Assembly (NCBI GenBank): GCA_964490075.1
Contig: CAZBBK010000010.1
Span: 1 to 64,000 of the forward strand
DNA from: an uncultured Gemmatimonadota bacterium
GTDB lineage: Bacteria > GCA-2686955
Length of the DNA: 64,000 nucleotides
Direction: 5' to 3'
Part shown: positions 1-13,418 of the stretch, in pieces
Layout of the letters: every line of letters starts with the position of its first letter
Position numbering within the stretch: the first letter of the stretch is position 1
Position numbers and translations under genes: made by a program
Notes under the pieces: model-generated
Databases searched by the model: none
Told to the model about the DNA's origin: nothing
Seen by the model: only the letters and a program-made list of their open reading frames with translations

Positions 1-173
1 GCTCCTGGGATGGGGTTCGGGCGGCTCGGAGCGGGATGGTGGGGGGCGGTGGGGCCGGGGCTGCCGTCTGGGTAGGGTATCGTGGGAGGGGTGGGGGCGG
101 CGGAGGGGATTGCGGGGCACCGCGCGCCTGCGTTCGCGCTATCGTGGAGGCAGTCCACCACCGGGAGCGAGCC

Positions 174-1781
174 ATGCTTCGCCAGTTCTTCTTCCTCTCT
201 TTCGCCCTCGCTTCGGCCGCCGGCGCCGCCACCATCCACGTGCCGGGCGATCAGCCGACGATTCAGGCCGGGATCGATGCCGCGGGCGAGGGTGATACGG
301 TGTTGGTGGCGGCCGGGACCTACTCCGGCGCCGGCAATCACGATCTGGACTTCGGCGGGGTCGATCGGGTGCTGGTGTCGGAGGATGGGGCGGCGGCGAC
401 GGTGATCGACTGCCAGGGGGCGGGGCGGGGACTCCACTTCACTTCAGGGGAGAGTGCGGCATCGATCGTGGAGGGTTTCACGATCACCGGCGGCTCGGTC
501 ACCGGCACCGAGCTGGGCGGCGGCGTGCGCTGCGCGGGGTCTTCGGCGCCGACCTTCGTCGGTTGCGTGATCTCGGGCAACACTACGGAACAGGAGCGCG
601 GCGGAGGGCTGGCCTGTCTCGCCAGCTCACCGACGCTGATCGATTGCACGATCTCGGGCAACACGGCCGGCTCGGACGGAGGGGGAGTACACTGCTTCCA
701 GAGCGCGCCGCTGCTGAGCGGGTGCGTCATCTCGGGCAACTCGGCGAGCGCCAGCGGAGGCGGACTGTACTGCTATCAGAGCTCGCCTACGCTGACGCAG
801 TGCACGTTCTCCGACAACGTGGCGGCGGAATGGGGTGGCGGGCTGCGTTGCGCCGGGGCATCCTCGCCGGCGCTGGAGGGGTGCACGATTTCGAACAACG
901 CGGCCGACGGCGGTGCGGGGCTCTCGTGCTGGAGCGCCTGCGCGCCGACCCTGACCGCTTGCACGATCCAGCACAACTCGGCCGTGGCGAGCGGCGGCGG
1001 GATCCACAGCCACAGCTCATCGCCCACCGCCAGCAACTGCATCATCAGCGGCAACGTTGCCGCGATCGGTGCCGGTGCGGCCTGCTCGGACGCCTCCTCG
1101 ACGACCCTGATCAACTGCTCGATCGCCGACAATCCGGCCAGCGACCAGGGCGGCGGGATCGACTGTCGCGATTCCGCGATCGCGGTGACCAACACGATTC
1201 TCTGGAACAACACACCGAGCCAGATCGAGGTGAGTCAGAGCACCTTCGACGTGCTCTATTGCGACGTCGAGGGCGGCTGGGTGGGTGCCACCAACATCGA
1301 CGAGGATCCGCTCTTCGTCGATGCCGTGGGCGGCGACTATCACCTGGGCGATGGCTCGCCTTGCATCGATGCCGGCACCTCGGCCGGCGCTCCTGGGGTC
1401 GACTTCGAGGGCGACTCCCGGCCGATGGGGGCCGGCCACGACATCGGCGCGGACGAGTATCGGAGCGTGGCGGTGGGCGGCTCGGAGCCGGCGGCGGCAC
1501 CGGCTCGGAGGCTGCTGGGATCGCCCTACCCCAATCCCTTCAATCCGCGGGTCACCATCCCCTTCGAGCTGGGCGCGCCGGGTCCGGTGCGGCTGGCGAT
1601 CCACGACCTGCGCGGCGGATTGGTGCGGATCCTGCTGAGCGAAGAGCGGCCCGCGGGCAAGCACGCGCGGCGCTGGGACGGGCGCGACCGCACCGGGGAC
1701 GAGGTCGCTACGGGAATCTACCTGGTGCGCCTGGAGGCGGAGGGGCTGCGGGAGATCCGCACGCTGGTGCTGACAAGATAG
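174..1781 (+). CDS. Secreted right-handed parallel beta-helix (Pmp-like GGG repeat) protein with C-terminal FlgD-Ig/T9SS-type sorting domain
   Basis: ATG174 opens signal peptide MLRQFFFLSFALASAAGA; 'TIHVPGDQPTIQAGIDAA' N-module; repeated 'CxISGN..GGGxxC' units; 'SPCIDAG'; C-terminal 'YPNPFNP...WDGRD..G..VATGIYLVRL'. Confidence 0.85.
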   Translation: MLRQFFFLSFALASAAGAATIHVPGDQPTIQAGIDAAGEGDTVLVAAGTYSGAGNHDLDFGGVDRVLVSEDGAAATVIDCQGAGRGLHFTSGESAASIVEGFTITGGSVTGTELGGGVRCAGSSAPTFVGCVISGNTTEQERGGGLACLASSPTLIDCTISGNTAGSDGGGVHCFQSAPLLSGCVISGNSASASGGGLYCYQSSPTLTQCTFSDNVAAEWGGGLRCAGASSPALEGCTISNNAADGGAGLSCWSACAPTLTACTIQHNSAVASGGGIHSHSSSPTASNCIISGNVAAIGAGAACSDASSTTLINCSIADNPASDQGGGIDCRDSAIAVTNTILWNNTPSQIEVSQSTFDVLYCDVEGGWVGATNIDEDPLFVDAVGGDYHLGDGSPCIDAGTSAGAPGVDFEGDSRPMGAGHDIGADEYRSVAVGGSEPAAAPARRLLGSPYPNPFNPRVTIPFELGAPGPVRLAIHDLRGGLVRILLSEERPAGKHARRWDGRDRTGDEVATGIYLVRLEAEGLREIRTLVLTR

Positions 1782-1797
1782 GGAGTTGGAACTGTCG

Positions 1798-3167
<1,370 letters not shown>

Positions 3168-3171
<4 letters not shown>

Positions 3172-3959
3172 GGTTGGGGCCCTTCGGTTTCCGGTGCCTG
3201 GCTGTGGAGGACGAGCTCGACGCGGGTGCCCCCGCGCGCTGCCGGGGCGATGCGCAGCTCGCCCTCGTGCAGGGCCGCGATCTTCTCGACGCGGCCGAGG
3301 CCGATGCCGTCGGCACCGGGTCGGGTGGTGTAGAAGAGGCGCCGAACGCGCTCCAGGCGGCCGGGGTCGATCCCCTCGCCGTCGTCCTCGAGCGCGATCT
3401 CGATGGCATCGGGGGCGGGAGCGCGGCAGCTCAGGTCGAGCCGGGTCGCGCCGGCCTCGACGCCGTTGCGCAGGAGGTGCAGCAGCGCCTCCTTGGCCAG
3501 GGTGGTATCGACCGAGACCACGATTCCTGGATCGCCGCCGCGGCGCAGGGTCCAGCCGAGCTCGTCGGGGGGGTATTCGGCGCGCAGCACGGCGAGGGCG
3601 GCGTCGGCGATCTCGGCCCCCGTCACCGGCTCGGGGTCGAGGGACTCGGGCCGGCTCAGGTCGACCACCGTGGCGAGCACGCGGTTGGCGCCGCTGACTC
3701 CCTCGACGATGCGCCGCACCCAGTGCTCGACTTTTGGGTCGTCGGCGTGGCGGCGCTGCAAGAGCTCGGCGAAGCCCTCGATGCTGAAGAGCGGGTTGCG
3801 CAGCTGGTGGGCGATGTCGCCGGCGGCGCCGCCGATTTGCGCGGCGGCTTGCAGCGCCCGGCAGCGCTTCTCGAGGCGACGGCGGGCGGCGCGCTCCTGG
3901 TCGAGGGCGCGCTGGAGCTCGCGCACCCGGGCGGCGCTGGAGCGGGTGGAAGGGCTCAT
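3168..3959 (-). CDS. Cytoplasmic histidine kinase (HisKA+HATPase) without sensor or TM domain
   Basis: Start MSPSTRSS at 3959 overlaps upstream stop by 4 nt; H-box 'IAHQLRNPL', N-box 'LLRNGVEA', 'EDDGEG', 'FYTT', 'GIGL'. Confidence 0.88.
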
Positions 3960-5344
3960 GGTCCTTCGCTCGCGACCAGTTGCGGTGGGCTGCCGGTCAG
4001 GCGTTCGATCTCGACGCTGCGCTCCCGCATCCAACGGGCCAGCGCCAGGCGCCACAGCGCACGCTCGCGCCAGGGCTCGGCGGGCTGGTCGGAGGCGCAG
4101 GCGGCGTAGGCGGCTTCGGCCTCGCGCAGGCGCCCGCTGCGCAGCAGGGTGTTGGCGACCTGGTAGCGGGCCCAGTCGCGGTCGGCGCCGCTCAGGTTTT
4201 GCTCCAGGGCCTTCAGGTAGTCGTCGTGGGCCTGCGCCATGCGGCGGGCCTGGAAGCCGGTGTCGGCGCGCTCCAGGAAGAGCTCGGCGCGCGGTGCGGC
4301 GGGCAGCGTGAGGGCGCTGTCGAGCTGCGCCAGGGCGGCGTCGGGGCGTCGGGCCTGGCGCTCGATCTCGGCGCCGAGGCGGCGCAGGCGCAGGGCGCGG
4401 GCGGGATCGGGGCATTGCGCCAGACCGGCGGCGACGGCGGCGCGGGCGTCGGTGTGGTGGCGCAGCGCGGCGGCGGCCCGGGCCATGGCGAGGTGCGCCT
4501 GGTGCTCGCACCCGTGCGCGCCGTGGTGGCGGATGAGGGTCTCGGCGCGGCGGTAGGCCTCGGTGTGGCGGCCGGCGTCGGCCTGGGCGCGGGCGGCGCG
4601 CACCATTAGATCGGCACGCGGCAGGGAGTCGGAAGTGGTGAGCGCGGCGCGGGTCAGCGCCCGCTCCACGGCCAGGGCCTCCTTCGAGTAGTCGCGCAGC
4701 GACCGGAAGATCGAGGCGATCTGCAGCATCGAGGGGATCGCGTGCGGCGAGGCGCGATGGTGCTCCAGGAGGCGCGAGAACCACAGGTTGGCGCCGTCGT
4801 AGGAGAGGGTGCGGTGCAGGCGCAGGCCTTCTTCGAAGAGCAGGCTGTCGGGCCGGGCGGGCGGCTCTGGCTCGGCGACGATTTCCAGGGCCGGGACCGG
4901 CGGAGGAACCGGATCGGGCGCCTGCCGGGCGACGATCTCCTGCATCGCCAGGGGCGCCGGGAAGACGTCGATCCACAGCCGGTCGTCGAGCACGATCGCC
5001 TCGCAGCGCGCGGCGGCGGCGACCAGACTCAGGCTCACCCGGGTCCGCTCGGTGCCGGCGGGCTCGATCGTGAGAAGAGCCGCGCGATCGAAGGCGGTGG
5101 GCGCGGCCATCCGGCGCCGCACTGCGCCGCTCGGGGCGTCGATCAGGATGCGCAGCGAGCCGTCATCGGCGATTCGCTGCGACACCGGCGCGCGGAAGGG
5201 GACGCGCAGCACCACGCGCAGCGATCCGTCGCCGCGCGGGCCGGCCGGCCAGGCGTCGGGAGTGGCGGCGGCTGCCGCCGGCAGCAGGAGCGCGAGCAGG
5301 CTGGGCCACGCGACGCGCCGGTAGCTGGCAAACGAAATGCCCAT
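3956..5344 (-). CDS. Exported tetratricopeptide-repeat protein with N-terminal beta-rich (AMIN-like) domain
   Basis: Signal-peptide-like N-terminus (RRVAWPSLLALLLPAAAAA); Pro-rich linker; multiple TPR-like helical pairs; start could be 5368. Confidence 0.65.
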   Translation of the reverse strand: MGISFASYRRVAWPSLLALLLPAAAAATPDAWPAGPRGDGSLRVVLRVPFRAPVSQRIADDGSLRILIDAPSGAVRRRMAAPTAFDRAALLTIEPAGTERTRVSLSLVAAAARCEAIVLDDRLWIDVFPAPLAMQEIVARQAPDPVPPPVPALEIVAEPEPPARPDSLLFEEGLRLHRTLSYDGANLWFSRLLEHHRASPHAIPSMLQIASIFRSLRDYSKEALAVERALTRAALTTSDSLPRADLMVRAARAQADAGRHTEAYRRAETLIRHHGAHGCEHQAHLAMARAAAALRHHTDARAAVAAGLAQCPDPARALRLRRLGAEIERQARRPDAALAQLDSALTLPAAPRAELFLERADTGFQARRMAQAHDDYLKALEQNLSGADRDWARYQVANTLLRSGRLREAEAAYAACASDQPAEPWRERALWRLALARWMRERSVEIERLTGSPPQLVASEGP

Positions 5345-5487
5345 GTTCGACGTATCGGACGGAATCACACCGGCTTGATTGGGTGCGGCGGGACTTGGGG
5401 GGGCGCGGGAGGCGCGTTGGGAGGCGTTCCGGACGCCCTCCGCGCAGAGCAGCGCTATGTCGAAAGGTCAGGATCGCCACCACGCGG

Positions 5488-5515
5488 TTGACATCCGTCC
5501 CCAGGCACCAATACT
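5488..5515 (+). promoter_or_regulatory. Candidate sigma-70 promoter for the topA operon
   Basis: TTGACA (5488-5493), 16-nt spacer, AATACT (5510-5515), about 60 nt before topA ATG. Confidence 0.45.
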
Positions 5516-5576
5516 CCTGCTATGCGAATCGGACCGGGCGATCCGTAGATCCCCTCGGTTCGGTCGGAAGGACGTC

Positions 5577-7856
5577 ATGCCGCAGCAGAAGAGCTCAGAC
5601 CCCATCCCCGCGGGCCCCAAGCTGGTAATCGTCGAGTCGCCGGCCAAGGCCCGGACCATCGGCAAGTACCTGGGCGGAGAGTTTCGCGTTCAGGCCTCGA
5701 TGGGCCACATCATCGATCTGCCCGAGAGTGCGCTCGGGGTCGATCCCGACAACGATTTCGAGCCGGTCTACAAGACCATCAAGGGCAAGGGCAAGATCGT
5801 GAAGGAGCTGCGGGCGGCTGCCAAGGAGGCGACGGCGGTCTACCTGGCCCCCGACCCCGACCGCGAAGGCGAGGCGATCGCCTGGCATATCGCCAACGCG
5901 ATCGGCGAGCGAGACGGTGTCTACCGAGTGCTCTTCAACGAGATCACCGCGCGCGGCGTGCGCGACGCGATGCGCGAGCCGGGGCGGATCGACATGAACC
6001 TGGTCGACGCCTACCAGGCGCGCCGCGTCCTCGATCGGGTGGTGGGCTACAAGGTCAGTCCCTTCCTCTGGCGCACGGTGACCCGCGGGCTCTCGGCGGG
6101 GCGTGTGCAGAGCGTGGCGTTGCGCCTGGTGTGCGCGCGGGAGGACGAGATCGAGGCCTTCGAGCCGCAGGAGTACTGGAGCGTCGATGCCCGCTTCGCC
6201 CGGGCCAGCGGCGAGATCTACGAGGCCCAGCTCGAGCGGATCGAGGGCAAGAAGCCGAAGCAGATTTCGGCGGCCGAGGCGGCCGACTACGCGCAGCGGG
6301 CGCGGGCCGCCGAGTTCGCGGTGCGCGAGGTACAGCGCAAAGAGAAGCGTCGCCAGCCCTATCCGCCCTTCATGACCAGCACTCTGCAGCAAGAGGCATC
6401 GCGCCGCTTCGGCTTCACAGCCAAGCGCACCATGCGCCTGGCGCAGCAGCTCTACGAAGGCATGGAGCTGCCGGGCGAAGAGGCGGCGGGTCTGATCACC
6501 TACATGCGGACCGACTCGCTGCGCATCAGCCAGGACGCGCTCGACGAATCGCGCGCCTGGTTGACCGAGCACGAGCCGGAGCTGGTGCCGGAGAAAGCGC
6601 GCGTGTTCCGCTCGCGCAAGGGGGCGCAGGATGCCCACGAGGCGATCCGTCCCACCTCCGTGACGCGTCACCCCGAGCGCCTGAAGGGGGTGCTGAACCG
6701 CGACCTGTGGCGTCTCTACGACTTGATCTGGCGGCGCTTCGTGGCCTCACAGTGCCGGGTCGCCCTCTACGACACCACCACTGTCACCGTGGCCGGCGGC
6801 GGCCTCGACTTCAAGGCGGTCGGCTCGGTGCTGCGGGTGCCGGGCTTCACCAAGGTCTACCCCTTGGCCGGCCGCAAGAAGGCCGAACGCTCGGAGTCGG
6901 ACGACGCCGAGAAGGAGAAAGAGGTGCTGCTGCCGGCCATCGAAGAGGGCGAGCCGGCGCGCCTCGACGAGCTGAAACCGGTCCAGCACTTCACCAAGCC
7001 GCCGCCGCGCTACACCGAGGCCTCGCTGGTCAAGGAGATGGAGGCCCGGGGCATCGGCCGGCCTTCGACCTACGCCGCCACCCTGGCCACACTGACCGAT
7101 CGCAAGTACGTGGAGAAGGAGCAGAAACGCCTGGTTCCCACCGACCTTGGGCGCGACGTCACGCGCATCCTCACCGCGGCCTTCTCGCGGGTCTTCGAGG
7201 TCGGCTTCACCGCCGACATGGAGGGCCAGCTCGACCAGGTCGAGTCCGGCACCAAGGAGTGGAAGCGGCTGGTGCGGGAGTTCTGGGCGCCTTTCTCCGA
7301 CGAGCTGGCGGCGGCGATGGGCAAGCGCAAGGAGTGGAAGGCGCTGATCGAGGAGAAGGTCGGCGACCCCTGTCCCGAATGCGGCCGGGCGCTGGTCAAG
7401 AAGTGGGGGCGCCACGGGCGCTTCCTGGCCTGCGAGGGCTTTCCGGAGTGCAACCACTCGCGCCCCCTTGAGGTGCCGGACGAGGCGGCGCCGAGCGAGC
7501 AGCCCTGCTCCGCCTGCGGGGCGGAGATGGTGCTGCGCGAGGGGCGCTTCGGACGCTTCTGGAGCTGCTCGGCCTATCCGAAGTGCAAGGAGACGCGCCC
7601 CTACCTGATCGGCGTGGGCTGCCCGAAAGAGGGCTGCAAGGGCCAGGTGACCGAGAAGAAGAGCCGTCGCGGGCGTCTGTTCTTCGGCTGCAACGGCTAC
7701 CCCGAGTGCAAGTTCACCTCGTGGGACCGTCCCGTCGACCGGGCCTGCGGGGAGTGCGATTCGACCTACCTGGTCGAGAAGAAGGATGCGCTGGTCTGTC
7801 CTTCGTGCAAGCGCCGGGTGGCGGCGCTCGAGGTCCATTCCGAGGAGCCTGCTTGA
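5577..7856 (+). CDS. topA: DNA topoisomerase I
   Basis: 'KLVIVESPAKA', 'DPDREGEAIAWH', 'SAGRVQS', catalytic 'ITYMRTDS', 'GIGRPSTY', C-terminal Zn ribbons. Confidence 0.98.
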   Translation: MPQQKSSDPIPAGPKLVIVESPAKARTIGKYLGGEFRVQASMGHIIDLPESALGVDPDNDFEPVYKTIKGKGKIVKELRAAAKEATAVYLAPDPDREGEAIAWHIANAIGERDGVYRVLFNEITARGVRDAMREPGRIDMNLVDAYQARRVLDRVVGYKVSPFLWRTVTRGLSAGRVQSVALRLVCAREDEIEAFEPQEYWSVDARFARASGEIYEAQLERIEGKKPKQISAAEAADYAQRARAAEFAVREVQRKEKRRQPYPPFMTSTLQQEASRRFGFTAKRTMRLAQQLYEGMELPGEEAAGLITYMRTDSLRISQDALDESRAWLTEHEPELVPEKARVFRSRKGAQDAHEAIRPTSVTRHPERLKGVLNRDLWRLYDLIWRRFVASQCRVALYDTTTVTVAGGGLDFKAVGSVLRVPGFTKVYPLAGRKKAERSESDDAEKEKEVLLPAIEEGEPARLDELKPVQHFTKPPPRYTEASLVKEMEARGIGRPSTYAATLATLTDRKYVEKEQKRLVPTDLGRDVTRILTAAFSRVFEVGFTADMEGQLDQVESGTKEWKRLVREFWAPFSDELAAAMGKRKEWKALIEEKVGDPCPECGRALVKKWGRHGRFLACEGFPECNHSRPLEVPDEAAPSEQPCSACGAEMVLREGRFGRFWSCSAYPKCKETRPYLIGVGCPKEGCKGQVTEKKSRRGRLFFGCNGYPECKFTSWDRPVDRACGECDSTYLVEKKDALVCPSCKRRVAALEVHSEEPA

Positions 7857-8797
7857 GCACTGCGGTGATTGGGCGTTTCCTCGACCATCTGCGCGGGGAG
7901 CGGCGCTGCTCCGAGCACACGCTGCGCGCCTACGCCGCCGACCTGGACGACCTGACCCGCTTCCTCGTCGAGCGGGAGGGCCCCGCGCCGGAGCTGGCGA
8001 CGCGCGCCGACCTGCGCTCCTACCTGGCGGCGCTGCACCGTCGCGGCCTGGCCCGCGCCACGATCGGCCGGCGGCTGGCGGCGCTGCGCTCCTTCTACCG
8101 TTTCCTGGAGAGCGGGAGCGAGATCGAGGGCGATCCGGCGGCCCATCTCTACGGGCCGAAGAGCCAACGCAAGCTGCCCCTCTTCTTGCCGGAGAGCGAC
8201 GCGGCGCGCCTGATGGAGGCGCCCGAGGCGTCGACCGCCCCGGGACGTCGCGACCGGGCGATGCTCGAGGTGCTCTACGGGGCGGGACTGCGGGTCTCGG
8301 AGCTGGTCGGGATCAGCAACGGCGATCTCGATCTCGACGCGGGAGCTGTGCGGGTGACCGGCAAGGGGGCGCGCGAGCGGCTGGCGCCTTTGGGGCGCTC
8401 GGCGGTGCGTGCGCTCCGGGCCTACCTCGGCTGCCGCGCCGACCTGCTTTATCCGGCGTGGTCGAGCATGGCGGCCGACCTGGGGGGGAGCGGGGCGCCG
8501 CTCTTCATCAACCGCCGCGGCGGCCGCATCGGCGTGCGCTCGGTGCGGCGCCTGGTCGACCGCTACAGCGCGCGCGCATTGCTGGGGGCGCGCGGGCATC
8601 CGCACCGGCTGCGTCACAGCTTCGCCACCCACATGCTGGCGCGCGGTGCCGAGCTGCACGCGGTGCGCGAGCTGCTCGGCCACGCCAGCCTGGCGACCAC
8701 TCAGATCTATACCCACGTCACGCCCGAGCGGCTGCGCGAGACGCTGGAGCGAGCGCATCCGCGGGGCGGGGCCGAGGAGGGAGAGGGAGCGCGTTGA
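7853..8797 (+). CDS. xerC: Tyrosine recombinase XerC
   Basis: TTG start overlaps topA stop; R-K-HxxR-H-Y catalytic set ('GLRVSE', 'GKG', 'HRLRHSFATH', 'LLGH', 'TQIYTH'); topA-xerC-hslVU synteny. Confidence 0.9.
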   Translation: MSTAVIGRFLDHLRGERRCSEHTLRAYAADLDDLTRFLVEREGPAPELATRADLRSYLAALHRRGLARATIGRRLAALRSFYRFLESGSEIEGDPAAHLYGPKSQRKLPLFLPESDAARLMEAPEASTAPGRRDRAMLEVLYGAGLRVSELVGISNGDLDLDAGAVRVTGKGARERLAPLGRSAVRALRAYLGCRADLLYPAWSSMAADLGGSGAPLFINRRGGRIGVRSVRRLVDRYSARALLGARGHPHRLRHSFATHMLARGAELHAVRELLGHASLATTQIYTHVTPERLRETLERAHPRGGAEEGEGAR

Positions 8798-9352
8798 GCG
8801 ACCACCGGTCTTCTCATCGAGGCGGCTGGCGCAGCACCACGATCGTCGGCCTGATCCACAAAGGGCGAACCGCGATCGCCGGCGACGGCCAGGTCAGCTA
8901 CTACGACGTGATCGCCAAGCAGGGGGCGGTGAAGATCCGCGCCCTCCACGAGGGCCGGGTGCTGGCGGGCTTCGCGGGCGCCTCGGCCGACGCTCTGACC
9001 CTCTACGAGCGCTTCGAGCAGCAGCTCGAGGCGGCCGCCGGTTCGCTGCCGCGAGCCACCGCGGAGTTCGCGCGCGAGTGGCGCTCCGACCGGGTGCTGC
9101 GGCGCCTCGACGCGGTGCTGGGCGTGCTCGACTCCGAGCACGCGCTGATCGTCAGCGGCAGCGGCGATATCGTCGAGCCGGACGACCGCATCATTACCCT
9201 GGGCACCGGAGCTCCCTACGCCCTGGCGGCGGCGCGCGCCTTTCAGCAGAGCTCGCGCCTCTCGGCCCCGGTGATCGCCCGCCGGGCGATCGAGATCGCG
9301 GCCGATATCTGCGTGTTCACCAATCAGCGCATCAGCGTGCTGGAGCTCAAGG

Positions 9353-9360
<8 letters not shown>
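8794..9360 (+). CDS. hslV: ATP-dependent protease peptidase subunit HslV
   Basis: TTG start overlaps xerC stop; short leader then 'STTIVG..AGDGQVS', 'AGFAG..ADA', 'IAADICVFTN'. Confidence 0.93.
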
Positions 9361-10663
<1,303 letters not shown>

Positions 10664-10705
10664 TCCCAGGTCGTTCACAAGACTACGAAGCAAGGACCAC
10701 CGCAG

Positions 10706-11620
10706 ATGACCAAGGACTTCCTCTCGATCCGCGACCTCAGCCCCGGCGACTGCTCCGCCCTGCTCGAGCGCGCCTGTGAGCTCAAGGCCGACACCCGCGC
10801 CAGGCGCCCCCACCACCTGCTCGCCGGGCGCACGCTGGGCATGATCTTCACCAAGCGCTCGACGCGCACCCGGGTCTCGTTCGAGGTCGGCATGAACCAG
10901 CTCGGCGGCCACGCCCTCTTCCTCTCGGCGCAGGATCTGCAGATGGGCCAGTCGGAGTCGATCGCCGACACCGCTCGGGTGCTCTCGCGCTTTCTCGACG
11001 TCATCATGATCCGCACCTTCGAACACGCCGACGTCGAGGAGCTGGCACGCCACGCCGAGATTCCGATCATAAACGGGCTCACCGATCTGCTTCATCCCTG
11101 CCAGGTGATGAGCGATCTGCTCACCTGGTACGAGGTCCATCGCGCGATCGACGGACTGCGGGTGACCTACATCGGCGACGGCAACAATATGGCGCATTCG
11201 TGGATCAACGCCGCCGCGGTGCTGCCCCTCGAGCTCACCCTGGCCTGCCCCGAGGGCTATGGGCCCGACGCCGCGGTGTTGGACTCGGCGCGCGAGGCGG
11301 CCACCGGCGAGATCCGCGTCATGAGCGACGTGCACCAGGCGGCGCGCGGTGCCGACATCCTCTACACCGACGTCTGGGCCAGCATCGGCCAGGAGGAGGA
11401 GGCGGCCGAGCGCCGCGAGCGCATGCTGAGCTACCGCATCGACCAAGAGGTGGTCGAGCTGGCCTCGCCCGAGTGCATGGTGATGCACTGCCTGCCCGCC
11501 CACCGCGGCGACGAGATCACCGACGAGGTGATGGACGGCCCGCGCTCGGTGGTCTTCGAGGAGGCGGAGAACCGGCTGCACATGCAGAAGGCGATCCTCT
11601 GCGCGCTGCTGGGGGTGTAG
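10706..11620 (+). CDS. argF: Ornithine carbamoyltransferase
   Basis: 'STRTRVSFE', 'HPCQ', 'GDGNN', 'TDVWASIG', 'HCLP', 'AENRLH'. Confidence 0.97.
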   Translation: MTKDFLSIRDLSPGDCSALLERACELKADTRARRPHHLLAGRTLGMIFTKRSTRTRVSFEVGMNQLGGHALFLSAQDLQMGQSESIADTARVLSRFLDVIMIRTFEHADVEELARHAEIPIINGLTDLLHPCQVMSDLLTWYEVHRAIDGLRVTYIGDGNNMAHSWINAAAVLPLELTLACPEGYGPDAAVLDSAREAATGEIRVMSDVHQAARGADILYTDVWASIGQEEEAAERRERMLSYRIDQEVVELASPECMVMHCLPAHRGDEITDEVMDGPRSVVFEEAENRLHMQKAILCALLGV

Positions 11621-11635
11621 CGGCGCGGCTCAGGG

Positions 11636-13042
11636 TCAGGGCTGGCCGACCACCAGCTTGTCGCCGGGGTGGATCACCGTCCGGGAGTCGAGCCCGTTCC
11701 AGAGCGTGAGATCGGCCAGCGAGACGCCGCTGCGCCGGGCGATGGCCGACAGGCTGTCGCCCGCCTGGACCACGTAGGTGCCGTCGGGAGCTGTGCGACG
11801 GCGCCCCGCGGGCAGACGCGCGAAGCGCTCGCCGAAGCGCTCCTTGGAGCTGGCCGGGATGCGCACCCGGGTGGTGCGGCCGGGGGGGGTGAGGTCGCGC
11901 AGCAGTTGTGGGTTCAGCGCCTGGATGGTGGCCTCGGTGGTGAGCGCGCACTCGGCGATGGTGCCCGCGCTCACGCGGCCGGGAAGGAAGACCTGGTCGA
12001 CTCGCTCGGGCGGCAGCGTGCGCGGCGTCACCCCCCAGGCCTCGGGGCGGCGCGCGATGATCGCCGTGGCGAAGTACTGCGGCACGTAGTTGCGGGTTTC
12101 GCGCGGCAGCGAGAGCGCCCAGTAGTTGCGGGTGCCGGCGCGCTCGATCGCATGCTGCACGCGTCCGGCGCCGCAGTTGTAGGCGGCCAGAGCCAGCGGC
12201 CAGGACTGGAAGCGGTCGTGCAGATCGCGCAGGTGACGCGCGGCGGCGCGCGTGGAGAGCTCGGGATCGCGGCGCTGGTCGACGTAGTGGTCGATCTGCA
12301 GGTGGTAGAGCTGGGCGGTCGACTTGATGAACTGCCAGAGGCCGACCGCGCCGGCGCGGCTCACCGCATGCGGTCGCATGCCGCTCTCGATCACCGGCAG
12401 CCAGGCGAGCTGAGCCGGCACCCCTTCCTCGCCGAGAATGCGCGTCATCATCGGCAGGTAGCGCCCGCTGCGCGCCAGCATGCGCTCGAAAGAGCGGCGT
12501 TGGGGTCCGCTGAAGAGCGCCAGGTAGTGGTCCACTCTGCTGTTGCGCCCCAGGACCAGCTCCGGTCCCTCGCTGATCGACGGAATCCCCTGGAACGCGC
12601 CGGCGGGGATCGGCTCCGGCGGCTTGGGGGCGAGCCGGGCCACCAAGTCGGGCGTCGCGTGGGGCTCGACCGCCAGCATCAAGAGCTCGACCTCCTCGGC
12701 GAGCATCTGGTAGCCGCGCATGATCAGCGAGTCCGGCTCGTTCGCGAGGGCGGTGTAGCGCAAGAGTCGGGCGGTATCGTCGAGGCGCCGATAGGCCAGG
12801 TCCCACGACTCCGACTCGATCTTCGCCAGGCTCTCGTCGTAGGCCTTCATGGCCAGCTCCAGCACCCGCACCGAGGTGCGCCCCTGGAGCGCCTTGGACT
12901 CGCGTCGCACCGGCTCGGGCGTAGCCGGGAAGAGGATTTCACTCGGTGTCCGGTGCGCCTCGAGCGCCGCGCAAGACGCCATCGAGAGCGCCGCCGCCAG
13001 GGGCGGAAGGAGCTGCGCGCAGAGAGTAGAGAGGGACCTCAT
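11636..13042 (-). CDS. mltD: Membrane-bound lytic murein transglycosylase with LysM (MltD-like)
   Basis: SLT motifs 'IESG', 'GLWQFI', 'AAYNCG', 'ETRNYV'; LysM '[15 protein letters not shown]'; start 13042 or 13048. Confidence 0.88.
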   Translation of the reverse strand: MRSLSTLCAQLLPPLAAALSMASCAALEAHRTPSEILFPATPEPVRRESKALQGRTSVRVLELAMKAYDESLAKIESESWDLAYRRLDDTARLLRYTALANEPDSLIMRGYQMLAEEVELLMLAVEPHATPDLVARLAPKPPEPIPAGAFQGIPSISEGPELVLGRNSRVDHYLALFSGPQRRSFERMLARSGRYLPMMTRILGEEGVPAQLAWLPVIESGMRPHAVSRAGAVGLWQFIKSTAQLYHLQIDHYVDQRRDPELSTRAAARHLRDLHDRFQSWPLALAAYNCGAGRVQHAIERAGTRNYWALSLPRETRNYVPQYFATAIIARRPEAWGVTPRTLPPERVDQVFLPGRVSAGTIAECALTTEATIQALNPQLLRDLTPPGRTTRVRIPASSKERFGERFARLPAGRRRTAPDGTYVVQAGDSLSAIARRSGVSLADLTLWNGLDSRTVIHPGDKLVVGQP

Positions 13043-13418
13043 CCCCATCCTTCGGCCGGGGGCGGAGCAAGGACGCCAAAACAGGCTCCGCGACCTGTGT
13101 CGCGGCGGGCGGCGGCGCGGGGCCTGGGGCACTCGTCCTGTGTAACATGAGGCCGGTGGCGGAGCAAGATGGGGGGATCCCGGACTCCGAGCCCTGGCGA
13201 TGCGATGGTGCGTCACCGAGTAGGTCGGGTGATTGCGCCCCGCGTCGGCTTCGTCGAGTAGCGGGTCTCCATTCACCGCGGCCGCGGCGAGTGCCGCGGT
13301 GGTTGGAGGGCGCTCGACGTCTCGGCCATGGAGATCTTGCTGGAGTCGGCGATTGCCCGCTGTCTCTGGCGGGGTTAGGCTCGCTTCGATGAGACCAAAA
13401 GGGCGGCGGAGCGAAGGA

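Noticed and set aside
36-173. Upstream ORF-track starts (36, 5379, 7583, 7786, 13233, 17670, 17861, 56740 and similar)
   Set aside because: Extensions are low-complexity or overlap neighbours; later starts fit RBS, signal peptides or 4-nt overlaps
5328-5342. Minus-strand GGGC-N7-TTGC sigma54-like motif at the head of the TPR-HK-RR operon
   Set aside because: It overlaps the most plausible start codon and signal-peptide codons, and no good in-frame start lies downstream; likely chance
7853-8797. Tyrosine recombinase as a sign of an integrated mobile element
   Set aside because: Lies in the housekeeping topA-xerC-hslVU context; no att sites or mobile genes seen
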